Assembly: GCA_963716985.1 (NCBI GenBank)
Contig: OY970323.1
Coordinates: 32,001-96,000 of the forward strand
Length of the DNA stretch: 64,000 bases
Origin: an uncultured bacterium
Lineage (GTDB): Bacteria; Chlamydiota; Chlamydiia; Chlamydiales; SM23-39
Direction: 5' to 3'
Position numbers and translations under genes: made by a program. The notes beneath the pieces were generated by a model. It worked only from the letters and a program-made list of their open reading frames with translations, was not told the DNA's origin and ran no database searches. Positions 1 to 8,150 of the stretch are shown here, in pieces (positions within the stretch are counted from its first letter, which is position 1; each line of letters begins with the position of its first letter).

Positions 1-1046
1 AGCTCCTTGGCTGCTTGTCCTCGTTTTTGCAGCTCTTCGATGAGTTTCTTCACTTTTTGCGACTCTCCCTTCTTGGCCATAAAAAGGGCATCGGGAGTTT
101 CGACAATAAGAACATCTTCAAGGCCAATGGTAGAAATGAGCCTTTTTCCTCCAATGATGAGACTATTTTTTGTGTCGATATCGACGATGTTTCCCACCTT
201 GACATTGGCATTTTGATCCTTGTCTAAAACATCGTAAACGCTATCCCAAGAGCCCACGTCCGACCAGGAAACGGGCAGAGGGCAGAGAAGGATATTCTTG
301 GACTTTTCCATCACGGCATAGTCAATGGATATTTCGGGCATCTGATCAAATGCATGAAAGAGACTAAGATAATCTCCCTGTACATGCGCATACATTTGCG
401 GCACATGGGCCTTGAGCTCCTTCCAAAAAATCTCGGGAGTAAAGAAAAAAATGCCCGCATTCCAATAATAATTTCCTTCGAAGAGATACTGCTTGGCCCT
501 TTCGAGATCCGGCTTTTCCACAAAACTCTCTACTTCAAAGAAGAGAGAGTTTTTTTTCTTTCCCACCCGGATATACCCATATCCCGTATCGGGCCGATTG
601 GGCAATATGCCGAATGCGACGATTTTATTTTTGATCTTTTTCTCTTTGACTTTTTCAAGATAAGAAAGAAATACCTCTTCCGGACTGATCAAATGATCGG
701 AAGGAAGAACGAGGATGGGAGTGTCGGGCCTCGCCCCCAATTTTTCTTCGATATAGCGAACAGACAGAGCGATCGCCGGAGCGGTATTTTTTCGATAAGG
801 CTCGACGAGTATGCAAATTTTTCTATCGGGATCGACTTGCGCCAGCTGCTTTTCCACAAGGTGCGCATAATGGGCATGGGTCACCACAAGGATCTTTTCG
901 ACAAAAGGACAATCGATAAAGCGCTTGACCGACTTTTGCAAAAGAGATTCCTGGTCCTTAAAAACCAAAAACTGTTTGGGATAATCAAGTCTTGAAAAAG
1001 GCCAGAGCCTCGTGCCTCCGCCGCCTGCCAAAATGACAACCTTCAT
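1..1046 (-). CDS. manC: Mannose-1-phosphate guanylyltransferase (ManC-like), 3' end outside window
   Basis: Minus strand from ATG at 1046 reads MKVVILAGGGGTRLWPFSR..PKQFL, later EP..KNTAPAI, FVEKP, WNAGIFFF, SIDYAVMEK, WSDVGSWD. Absent from the ORF track because no stop lies inside the window. Confidence 0.9.
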   Translation of the reverse strand, partial: MKVVILAGGGGTRLWPFSRLDYPKQFLVFKDQESLLQKSVKRFIDCPFVEKILVVTHAHYAHLVEKQLAQVDPDRKICILVEPYRKNTAPAIALSVRYIEEKLGARPDTPILVLPSDHLISPEEVFLSYLEKVKEKKIKNKIVAFGILPNRPDTGYGYIRVGKKKNSLFFEVESFVEKPDLERAKQYLFEGNYYWNAGIFFFTPEIFWKELKAHVPQMYAHVQGDYLSLFHAFDQMPEISIDYAVMEKSKNILLCPLPVSWSDVGSWDSVYDVLDKDQNANVKVGNIVDIDTKNSLIIGGKRLISTIGLEDVLIVETPDALFMAKKGESQKVKKLIEELQKRGQAAKE

Positions 1047-2149
1047 AATCCCTCCTGAAACGCTTGGACTTTTTGATCGACAAACGCTTGGAACTCTTTT
1101 TTGAATCGCTCAGTTGAAAATTTTTCTGCATGGCGTCGTATACGCATGGGATCGAACGATTTTTTTTCAAATAACTCGACAGATTCCATGAGAGAGCCGA
1201 TCTCCTGCTGCGAGTAGAAAAGGCCCGTTTCCCCTTCTATGATCGTTTCCTTTACGGCGCCCCTTCCAAAGGCAATCACCGGAGTGCCGCAAGCTTGCGC
1301 CTCTACGGGCAAGATGCCAAAATCTTCCACGGCTGCAAAAACAAACGCCTTGGCTCTCTGCAGATATTCTTTCAAAACCGAGTCGCTTTGATAGCCCAAA
1401 ATCTCAATGTTTTTTGCCGATTTTGCACGAACTTTTGCCCTATCCGGCCCATCGCCGATAACCACCAGCTTCCTGCTCGGCATTTGAGAAAAAGCTGCGA
1501 CAATGAGGTCCATTTTCTTATAAGGAACCATCCGCGAAGCGGTGAGATAGAAATCTTCTTTTTGCGTCGCTAATGTAAAGCTCTTTACATCCACCGGAGG
1601 ATAGATCACATCCGCTTGCTTGCCATAAATTTTCCGGATGCGCCCGGCAACAAATTTTGAATTTGCCACATAAGCATCTACTCTAGAAGAAGAATGAGCG
1701 TCCCACATGCGCAAATAATGCAAGAAAAGCCGTGCCGCTGCTTTTGTTCCAAGAGATAGTCGCGCTTCTTGAAGATATTGATGGTACAAATCCCAAGCAT
1801 AGCGCATCGGGGTATGGCAATAGCAAATATGCAACTGCTCCCCATGGGTCAATACTCCCTTTGCAACGGCATGAGAAGAAGAAATCACGCAATCGAAGTT
1901 GGAAAGGTCGAACTGTTCAATTGCCATGGGGAAAAAGGGCAGATAAAAACGATATTTGGCTTTAGCAAAGGGAAGTTTTTGAATGAAAGAGGCATGAATC
2001 TCTCTTTTCTCGAAATAGGTCTTTTGCAATTGTTTTTCATCTTGGAGCAGACAGTAAATCGGAGAGGGAAAAAGTTCGTGGATCGATTGTAAAACTTTTT
2101 CTCCGCCGCCAATTCCAACAAGCCAATCATGAACAAGTGCTGTCTTCAT
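1043..2149 (-). CDS. Glycosyltransferase family 4 (WbaZ-like mannosyltransferase)
   Basis: VHDWLVGIGGGEKVL N-terminus, YCHTPMRYAWD, EDFGILPVEAQACGTPVIA (EX7E) motif. Likely start MKTALV at 2149. Confidence 0.9.
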   Translation of the reverse strand: MKTALVHDWLVGIGGGEKVLQSIHELFPSPIYCLLQDEKQLQKTYFEKREIHASFIQKLPFAKAKYRFYLPFFPMAIEQFDLSNFDCVISSSHAVAKGVLTHGEQLHICYCHTPMRYAWDLYHQYLQEARLSLGTKAAARLFLHYLRMWDAHSSSRVDAYVANSKFVAGRIRKIYGKQADVIYPPVDVKSFTLATQKEDFYLTASRMVPYKKMDLIVAAFSQMPSRKLVVIGDGPDRAKVRAKSAKNIEILGYQSDSVLKEYLQRAKAFVFAAVEDFGILPVEAQACGTPVIAFGRGAVKETIIEGETGLFYSQQEIGSLMESVELFEKKSFDPMRIRRHAEKFSTERFKKEFQAFVDQKVQAFQEGL

Positions 2150-3248
2150 GCAAAAGCTCCTCAATGATCGCTAGATGTTGTGCGGCACTTTTTTTCCATG
2201 AGAATTGCTCGATTCTCTTTTTTCCGGATGCAATCAAATGCTGCCTTAAGTGAGTATCCCCAAGAATCTTGACCATCGCATCTTTCATTGTCAGGGGATC
2301 ATAGGGATCGATATAAAGAGCAGCATCTTCACAAATTTCCGGAATACTTGCAATACGGGAAGCAATGACAGGACAAGAACTTGCCATCGCTTCCAAGGGG
2401 GGGAGTCCAAATCCCTCATAAACGGAAGGGAAAACCAGAGCGCACGATCGATGGTAGATCATAGGCAGGTCTTCATCAGGGATATTTTTGAGCCAAAGGA
2501 CCTTCTCCCGAATGTTCCCAAATCGCTCCATGAGCTCTTCAAACAACTTCCCAAACCCTTTCCCTACAATGACTAAAAAAACATCCCTCTTCTCCCTTGC
2601 GAGGAGTTGAAAGGCTTGCAAAAGACCGAGCAGGTTTTTATGCGGCTTTACATTTCCGACAAAAAGGAAATATTTTTGGGGAAGAAGGGAGAGAATCTTT
2701 TCGTTTTTTTCCGGTACTTTAGAAAATTGTGTAGGGGAAACGCCGCAATAAACAACGGAGGTCTTTTTAAAAAATTTTGGAAAAAATTTCTCTATCTCTG
2801 AAAGAGTAAAAAGGGAAACTGTCACAACGCGATCCGCCTTTCGCATGGCTTGAGAGATCACAATTCTTGCATAGATTTTTTTCATCCAATGCAACTGTGA
2901 AAAAAAAGCCAAATGATAGAGGTCATGAATGGTAATAAGTCTCTTTTTGGCACGAATGGGAAAGAGAGGCGCATTGAAATGGGGAGACCAAAAAAGATCG
3001 CAGGGAGGAATCAATTGCGGCAGGTGGATCTGCTCGCGCAGGGAGTAGATCGGATCTTCGCAAAAAATAAGGGGATAGGAAAGCAGCCAAGGAGAGGTTT
3101 TCAAGGCGTTCTGTGAAACAATAAGAGTTAGGTCCAAATCCCCTTTCGACAAAAGAGGAATCAGATTCTTTAAATAGGTTCCGATCCCAGAATGCTCGAT
3201 CATGCGAGCGTCGATACAAATTTTTTTCATTTCAAATTTTTCGGTCAT
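2127..3248 (-). CDS. Glycosyltransferase family 4 (group 1)
   Basis: IDARM..SGIGTY, GNVKPHKN, FPSVYEGFGLPPLEAMAS motif. Confidence 0.9.
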   Translation of the reverse strand: MTEKFEMKKICIDARMIEHSGIGTYLKNLIPLLSKGDLDLTLIVSQNALKTSPWLLSYPLIFCEDPIYSLREQIHLPQLIPPCDLFWSPHFNAPLFPIRAKKRLITIHDLYHLAFFSQLHWMKKIYARIVISQAMRKADRVVTVSLFTLSEIEKFFPKFFKKTSVVYCGVSPTQFSKVPEKNEKILSLLPQKYFLFVGNVKPHKNLLGLLQAFQLLAREKRDVFLVIVGKGFGKLFEELMERFGNIREKVLWLKNIPDEDLPMIYHRSCALVFPSVYEGFGLPPLEAMASSCPVIASRIASIPEICEDAALYIDPYDPLTMKDAMVKILGDTHLRQHLIASGKKRIEQFSWKKSAAQHLAIIEELLHEDSTCS

Positions 3249-3326
3249 GCAAAAAAATTAACGGCTCAAGAATAAAAAGCCAAAGGAATTCCTCTGAGCC
3301 AAACAAAGGGATCTCGAAAGATTTTT

Positions 3327-3355
3327 TTGATTTATTTCAAAGCGCGCTTTATAAT
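3327..3355 (+). promoter_or_regulatory. Sigma70/sigma66-type promoter TTGATT-N17-TATAAT
   Basis: TTGATT at 3327-3332, 17-nt spacer, perfect TATAAT at 3350-3355. A GGAGG Shine-Dalgarno follows at 3369-3373. Confidence 0.7.
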
Positions 3356-3361
3356 TTCGCA

Positions 3362-3680
3362 AATTCTTGGAGGCTTTGTCAATCACCCCTCCCTAAAGGG
3401 AGAGGCTTGTTATGAAACACGCCTTGGTTGACCAGACTAAGTACCGTAGTTTGACAAACGTTTAAGGGTACTAAGTTGTATAGAGGCCACAGACCTACCT
3501 TGGGATGCTTCCTCAGTTCCAAGTTCTAGAAACTCTGGTTGCAGACAAGCGACAGGGTAAGCACGAAACGGATTAGAGTACGTGCCGCTATACAACATTG
3601 TCGAGGGGAGAGAACATTGCAAGTCAGCTTTGTTCCGTAACAAGGCCCTTACGGGCATTGATAGGGGGAGCAATCCCCCT
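3362..3680 (+). ncRNA. IscB omega-RNA / HEARO-like RNA with predicted ~16-nt 5' guide (3362-3377)
   Basis: Ordered motifs typical of HEARO/IscB omega-RNAs: GTCAA..CCCC, GGCTTG, GTTGACCAGACTAAG, ACCTTGGGATGCTTCCTCAGTTCCAAG, CAGGGTAAGCACGAAACGG, ACAACATTGTCGAGGGGAGA, AGGCCCTTACGGGC. Both RNA ends are estimated. Confidence 0.75.
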
Positions 3681-3758
3681 GTTTTTAAACTTTAACAACA
3701 AAAGGAGCAGCGTTTCCTCCCACCCCTAAAGGGATGGGGTTCCGCGCTGTCAAATAGG
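3378..3758 (+). mobile_element. Non-autonomous IS200/IS605-superfamily (IscB-type) element carrying only an omega-RNA
   Basis: Starts GTCAATCACCCCTCCCTAAAGGGAGAGGCTTG and ends with the sister hairpin CTCCCACCCCTAAAGGGATGGGG (3717-3739) followed by ATGA. No iscB or tnpA ORF inside. Confidence 0.8.
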
Positions 3759-4481
3759 ATGAAAAAAATCATTCTCTGTTTTTCTTTCTCCCTTTTCTTT
3801 TTCATTCAGAATTTAGGCGCCCTTGCAAATCCCGAAGAGTATCGATATCTCGATGCGCTTGCTCTGCAATCAGGAGCAGATAAAGCATCTAATTATCACA
3901 ACTATACGGAAGTCTATGCACAATATTTTGCACCTCTCAAAGACCGTCCGATTAAGTTTTTGGAAATAGGAATCTACCAGGGAAGCAGCGTGAAGTTATG
4001 GGAGTCCTACTTCAAACAAGCAGACCTCCATTTCATCGACATTACCTTTAGTGAGGTTCAATATTATTCTCCCCGCTCCCATTACCATTTGGCCAATCAA
4101 GAAAATCCTCGCGATTTAGAGAAATTTATCCGTGCAGCCGGAGGAGATTTCGACATTATTCTTGACGATGGGGGCCATACGATGAATATGCAGATCGTCA
4201 GTTTTAAAACACTCTTTCCGCACTTAAAAAGCGGAGGACTCTACATCATCGAAGATCTCCACACCTCCTACTGGCCCTCTTTCGGCGGAGGAGAAAACCG
4301 CGGAACTACGGTTTCTTTTCTCAAGAGCTTGATCGATGAATTGAATTTTGTCGGGAATCGCACCACACGCGCAAGCCATCGCGATCTCGCCCCTTCGCTT
4401 CTCGACAGCCTCTCTCCCTATCAGAGAGAAATAGAATCCATTCATTTTTATGATAGCCTGGCCATCATCATCAAAAGGTAA
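3759..4481 (+). CDS. Class I SAM-dependent methyltransferase (MycE/Mtf-like sugar O-methyltransferase) with signal-peptide-like N-terminus
   Basis: DK..HNYTEVY, FLEIGIYQGSS, FDIILDDGGH, LKSGGLYIIEDLHTSYW. N-terminus MKKIILCFSFSLFFFIQNLGALA. Confidence 0.8.
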   Translation: MKKIILCFSFSLFFFIQNLGALANPEEYRYLDALALQSGADKASNYHNYTEVYAQYFAPLKDRPIKFLEIGIYQGSSVKLWESYFKQADLHFIDITFSEVQYYSPRSHYHLANQENPRDLEKFIRAAGGDFDIILDDGGHTMNMQIVSFKTLFPHLKSGGLYIIEDLHTSYWPSFGGGENRGTTVSFLKSLIDELNFVGNRTTRASHRDLAPSLLDSLSPYQREIESIHFYDSLAIIIKR

Positions 4482-4529
4482 TCAGAGCATAGACTGCCCC
4501 GCTAGTCAAATAGGTGATGTGTAAGCTGA

Positions 4530-4800
4530 AGGCCCCATTGTCATCTGATGCCTAGCGGATTAGTTCTAATCTGCCAATTTCCAGGAAACTAATATTCTTG
4601 CCAATATTCCAATTGCTAAATCCATGGCTCCCAAAGAAATTATTGCTGCTTGGATTGTCACAGTTCCCTGTATGAGATAGATCATTGCTCCTACTAAAAG
4701 AACTTGGCGAAAAAATTCGAGAAGTTTCTCCGATATCTTAAATGCTACTGTTTTTACCTGCTTGCTATACGAATCGGATCCCCAAACATAAAAAGAAAAA
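4530..4800 (-). pseudogene. Possible degraded membrane-protein gene fragment
   Basis: Minus strand reads protein-like FYVWGSDSYSKQVKTVAFKISEKLLEFFRQVLLVGAMI, then in another frame LIQGTVTIQAAIISLGAMDLAIGILARILVSW. No start codon or family recognised. Confidence 0.25.
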
Positions 4801-4908
4801 TCGGGCCATTTTTTGGCTGGATGAAAAAAAAACCACTAAATCGCAAAAAGTAAACAAGATAGAAAAATTCTACTCTTGGGCAGTTTTAGAGCAACCTTAT
4901 TTTTAGCA

Positions 4909-6882
4909 TCAAAAATATAGAGCAATTTCTGCTACTACCTGATGCGATTGGTATTGAGATCCAATTCCCCCCTGGTATGTCAAACTGCCACGAGGATACT
5001 GGTGACATTTAGGTGAAAATAAAAAGCCCAATTCCCAACTACCCATGTTTTGCGCATGGGTCAATGTCGTTAAGTTCAAAAATTGAGGAATCCCAATGAG
5101 AAAGGAGGTAATTCCGTTATTGAAACCTTTTTGATATGCATAACTTCCCTTCTGACGAAGCGTCAGAGTTCCCCAAGGCCATCGCAACATCTCGTTGAAG
5201 CGCAATCCTGATTCGCATCGCAAAAAAGAGCACCATTTTCCTGTTTGTCCAAAATCTAGGACACCCGTTCCTTTTTCTCTGAATCGATGCTCCCATGTAG
5301 AGACCCAGTCCACCGTTGCAAAAGGCTCGATGCCAAACCAATCGGCGCTCTTTGCAGTGATATAATCATAACCAATCTCACAATGTGGCACTACTTGCCA
5401 TCCATGGGCCGTAGAACGAGCCGATCCGTAAAATCCGGGAAAATCGATGATCCTCCGATTACGGTTATGATAATATCCTCCAAAACCGGCTACATCGAAA
5501 TACCACTTTTGCACCTTGCAAGTGGCATATAATCCGGTCGCTCCTTGGTCAATATGAATCTGCCCCAACCCGCCTTTTTCATGAATATGCGAGCGTGCTA
5601 TAGCAATTGCCGCTCCCCAAGGAACTCTATGGTGCAGGTCCAAGCCTAGGACAATGCCTCCACTTCCGCTGGTAAAGGCCGGCGTTTGGTGCTGCGCCGC
5701 ATTACGTGCCAAATCGCCAAACAGCTCAAACCAAGGAGCGTATCGAACTTTGCTCTGAGATAGGCAATACCGCCATCTTTTGTCATCGGATGCAAGAGTT
5801 TCTTCTTCAGATGGTGCATTCCGAGATGAATAGCTTAACCATCGATTTTGACTCATGTGAAAGTTTACTTTCTGACTCATGAGCAATTGATTGATCTGCG
5901 CTGAAAAAGTTCCGATCGCATTACGGATTGGCGATGCTTTTTGCAGGGCATCGATTAGATCGCTCTGACTATCGAATAAGTAAATGGTCGGCTGCGACCC
6001 ATAACGGTTGAGGTAATTTGCAAGATGAAGTGAATTTCCTTTTAAATTTTGAAGAGGTATTTGAAAAAAGATTGCGATTCCCCAAAGATAGGTTCCTGCA
6101 GGTCCGCCGGTTGTGACTAAAGTAGCATTGGGAAAAGGTTCATTGAAATTCATCGAGTAGACGTTTCCATTGTTCACAAAATAAGCAACTTGGTGATCAA
6201 ATGCCACGCCATTGCCGGCTTCAGGCATCGAAGAAAACGTGATATTTGACGACTGAAGATTGACTACATAGAGAAGTCTATCTGCTCCCGTCGCAAAGAC
6301 CATATTTTGATTGAGAGCGACAAAAAGCAGCGGAACAGGAGCTGGTGTAGTTGTTACTTGAGCTGGAGTGCTGGGAGATCTAAGATCGAGCGAATAGAGA
6401 TGTCCATTAAAAGCTCCTATGTAAGCAATTTGACGATCCAAAGCAATTCCATTTAAGATAGTGGGTGCAGGTCCGGCTGTGATGATAACAGGAGCGGGGG
6501 AGGAAGAATTGAGATTCATCGAATAAACATTTCCATCGAACCCAGTCAAATAAGCCGTTTGACCCTCAACCGCCATTCCCGAAATGTCGACGGTATGTGG
6601 TGCAACCAAAGTCAGTGTGTTGGAAGAGTTAAGTTGCATAGAATAGACAGTTCCATCATCTCCCAAGAAATAGGCTTTTTGATTTATTAAAGAAATATGA
6701 TGGAGGGGATTAGGAGCTCCGCCACCTGTCGTGAGAAGCTCAGGGGTTGGAGATGAGTTATGTAAATCAATCGAGTAGACATTGCCGTCTTCACCGCAAA
6801 CATAGGCAACATTCGCATCGGCTTGAATCGCACACAAAAAAACTGTAAGAAAACTAAAAATGCTTGCTTTAATTTTTTTCAT
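4909..6882 (-). CDS. Autotransporter (type Va) with beta-propeller-like repeat passenger
   Basis: Signal peptide, about six ~40-aa repeats (AYxxGxDGNVYSMxL..P....TTGG.AP..L.GIA), and an aromatic-rich C-terminal beta-barrel ending in F. Confidence 0.8.
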   Translation of the reverse strand: MKKIKASIFSFLTVFLCAIQADANVAYVCGEDGNVYSIDLHNSSPTPELLTTGGGAPNPLHHISLINQKAYFLGDDGTVYSMQLNSSNTLTLVAPHTVDISGMAVEGQTAYLTGFDGNVYSMNLNSSSPAPVIITAGPAPTILNGIALDRQIAYIGAFNGHLYSLDLRSPSTPAQVTTTPAPVPLLFVALNQNMVFATGADRLLYVVNLQSSNITFSSMPEAGNGVAFDHQVAYFVNNGNVYSMNFNEPFPNATLVTTGGPAGTYLWGIAIFFQIPLQNLKGNSLHLANYLNRYGSQPTIYLFDSQSDLIDALQKASPIRNAIGTFSAQINQLLMSQKVNFHMSQNRWLSYSSRNAPSEEETLASDDKRWRYCLSQSKVRYAPWFELFGDLARNAAQHQTPAFTSGSGGIVLGLDLHHRVPWGAAIAIARSHIHEKGGLGQIHIDQGATGLYATCKVQKWYFDVAGFGGYYHNRNRRIIDFPGFYGSARSTAHGWQVVPHCEIGYDYITAKSADWFGIEPFATVDWVSTWEHRFREKGTGVLDFGQTGKWCSFLRCESGLRFNEMLRWPWGTLTLRQKGSYAYQKGFNNGITSFLIGIPQFLNLTTLTHAQNMGSWELGFLFSPKCHQYPRGSLTYQGGIGSQYQSHQVVAEIALYF

Positions 6883-7106
6883 TAAAGGGGTTTATCCATT
6901 TTCTATACGGATATAGGCAAGCAGCTTTTTTAGCCATCCTTTTTACATTTTTTCCTCCTAGCACTTTACTTCACGACCTATCTGATTTCCTATTTTCTGG
7001 GCATGCAGCCGATCGTTATAAAACGCTATTATGCCGAAAAGCCTCTCCTTGCAAAATAACTCCATTCATCTGAAAATCTCCTCAAAAGAGCAACTCCTGA
7101 AAAAGA

Positions 7107-8150
7107 GTGGATAAAATGGCGCCGCAGATCACAGCAATCCTTCCGACTTTCCGAAGGCCTCAATTCCTAAAACAAGCAATAGAAAGCATACTCGATCAAA
7201 CATGTAAGGATTTCCTCATTTGGGTATTCGATAATGCATCCGAAGATGAAACCGAAGAGGTAGTGAATGCATTTTCAAAAAAAGACCCTCGCGTCCATTA
7301 TTTTTGCCATAAAAAAAACATCGGCATGCAATCGAATTTTCGCTTTGCACTGCAACGTGTCCGGACGCCATTTGTCTCGATCGTTTCCGATGATGATTTT
7401 TTGTTCCCCTGGTTTTACAAAGAGGCAATGGAAAAGCTGACCCAGTTTCCAAAGGCTGCTTTCTTTTCCGGAACAACGGTCATTCTGGACAAGAAGGATC
7501 GATTCTTGAACTGGGAAAAAAATCAGATCAAGGAGGGATACTCTCCTCCTCTGGATAAACATTTTCTTTTGCCCACCACCTATTGGATCTCCTCTCTTTT
7601 TCGCACATCGATCAGTCAAAAAATGAATTTTCAGACAAATTTGATTTCATTTGATTTGGATTTTCTTGCCCGCATCTGTTGCCAATATCCCTTTTATGTA
7701 TCTTCAAGGCCCTGCGCCGGCTATCGAAGCCATCCCACATCTTTTTCTGTGAATTTGCAGCCCAAAGAATTTTTCGCCTCTTTTTTATATGCAAAAAAAA
7801 GGATGCATCAAGAATCGAACATCAAGAAGCATATGAGAACGCAAATCGATGGCTACCTGAGCCGGTTCTATCAGCATTCTTTTTTTATGCAGGGAATAAA
7901 ATCCATTGCGCAAAAAGACTTTGCTGCCTCTCTGACAGCCGCTGATATTTTACAAAAAACTTTTCAAGATTCCTTCCGCAGCTTACTCTTGAAATGCGGC
8001 GCAACCGCATGCAAAAAAAGTTCTTTTTTTTATCGACTTGCCTGCCTTCTTCTTTTTGTCCGACGATGGATCCTGATTTCCTTTAGGAAAAGAGGATTGA
8101 GTAAAGAATGCAACTGCTGGATTGAAAAATATAGGATGGAACGCTCATGA
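7107..8150 (+). CDS. Glycosyltransferase family 2
   Basis: ILPTFRRP..L.QAIESILDQT, FDNASED, KNIG, SDDD motif. Confidence 0.9.
   Translation: MDKMAPQITAILPTFRRPQFLKQAIESILDQTCKDFLIWVFDNASEDETEEVVNAFSKKDPRVHYFCHKKNIGMQSNFRFALQRVRTPFVSIVSDDDFLFPWFYKEAMEKLTQFPKAAFFSGTTVILDKKDRFLNWEKNQIKEGYSPPLDKHFLLPTTYWISSLFRTSISQKMNFQTNLISFDLDFLARICCQYPFYVSSRPCAGYRSHPTSFSVNLQPKEFFASFLYAKKRMHQESNIKKHMRTQIDGYLSRFYQHSFFMQGIKSIAQKDFAASLTAADILQKTFQDSFRSLLLKCGATACKKSSFFYRLACLLLFVRRWILISFRKRGLSKECNCWIEKYRMERS

Noticed and set aside
354..995. 213-aa plus-strand ORF
   Set aside because: It is antisense to the clear manC frame and has no recognisable motifs.
3437..3673. 78-aa minus-strand ORF inside the omega-RNA element
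   Set aside because: It has no IscB (PLMP/RuvC/HNH) or TnpA motifs and is an incidental frame antisense to a structured RNA.
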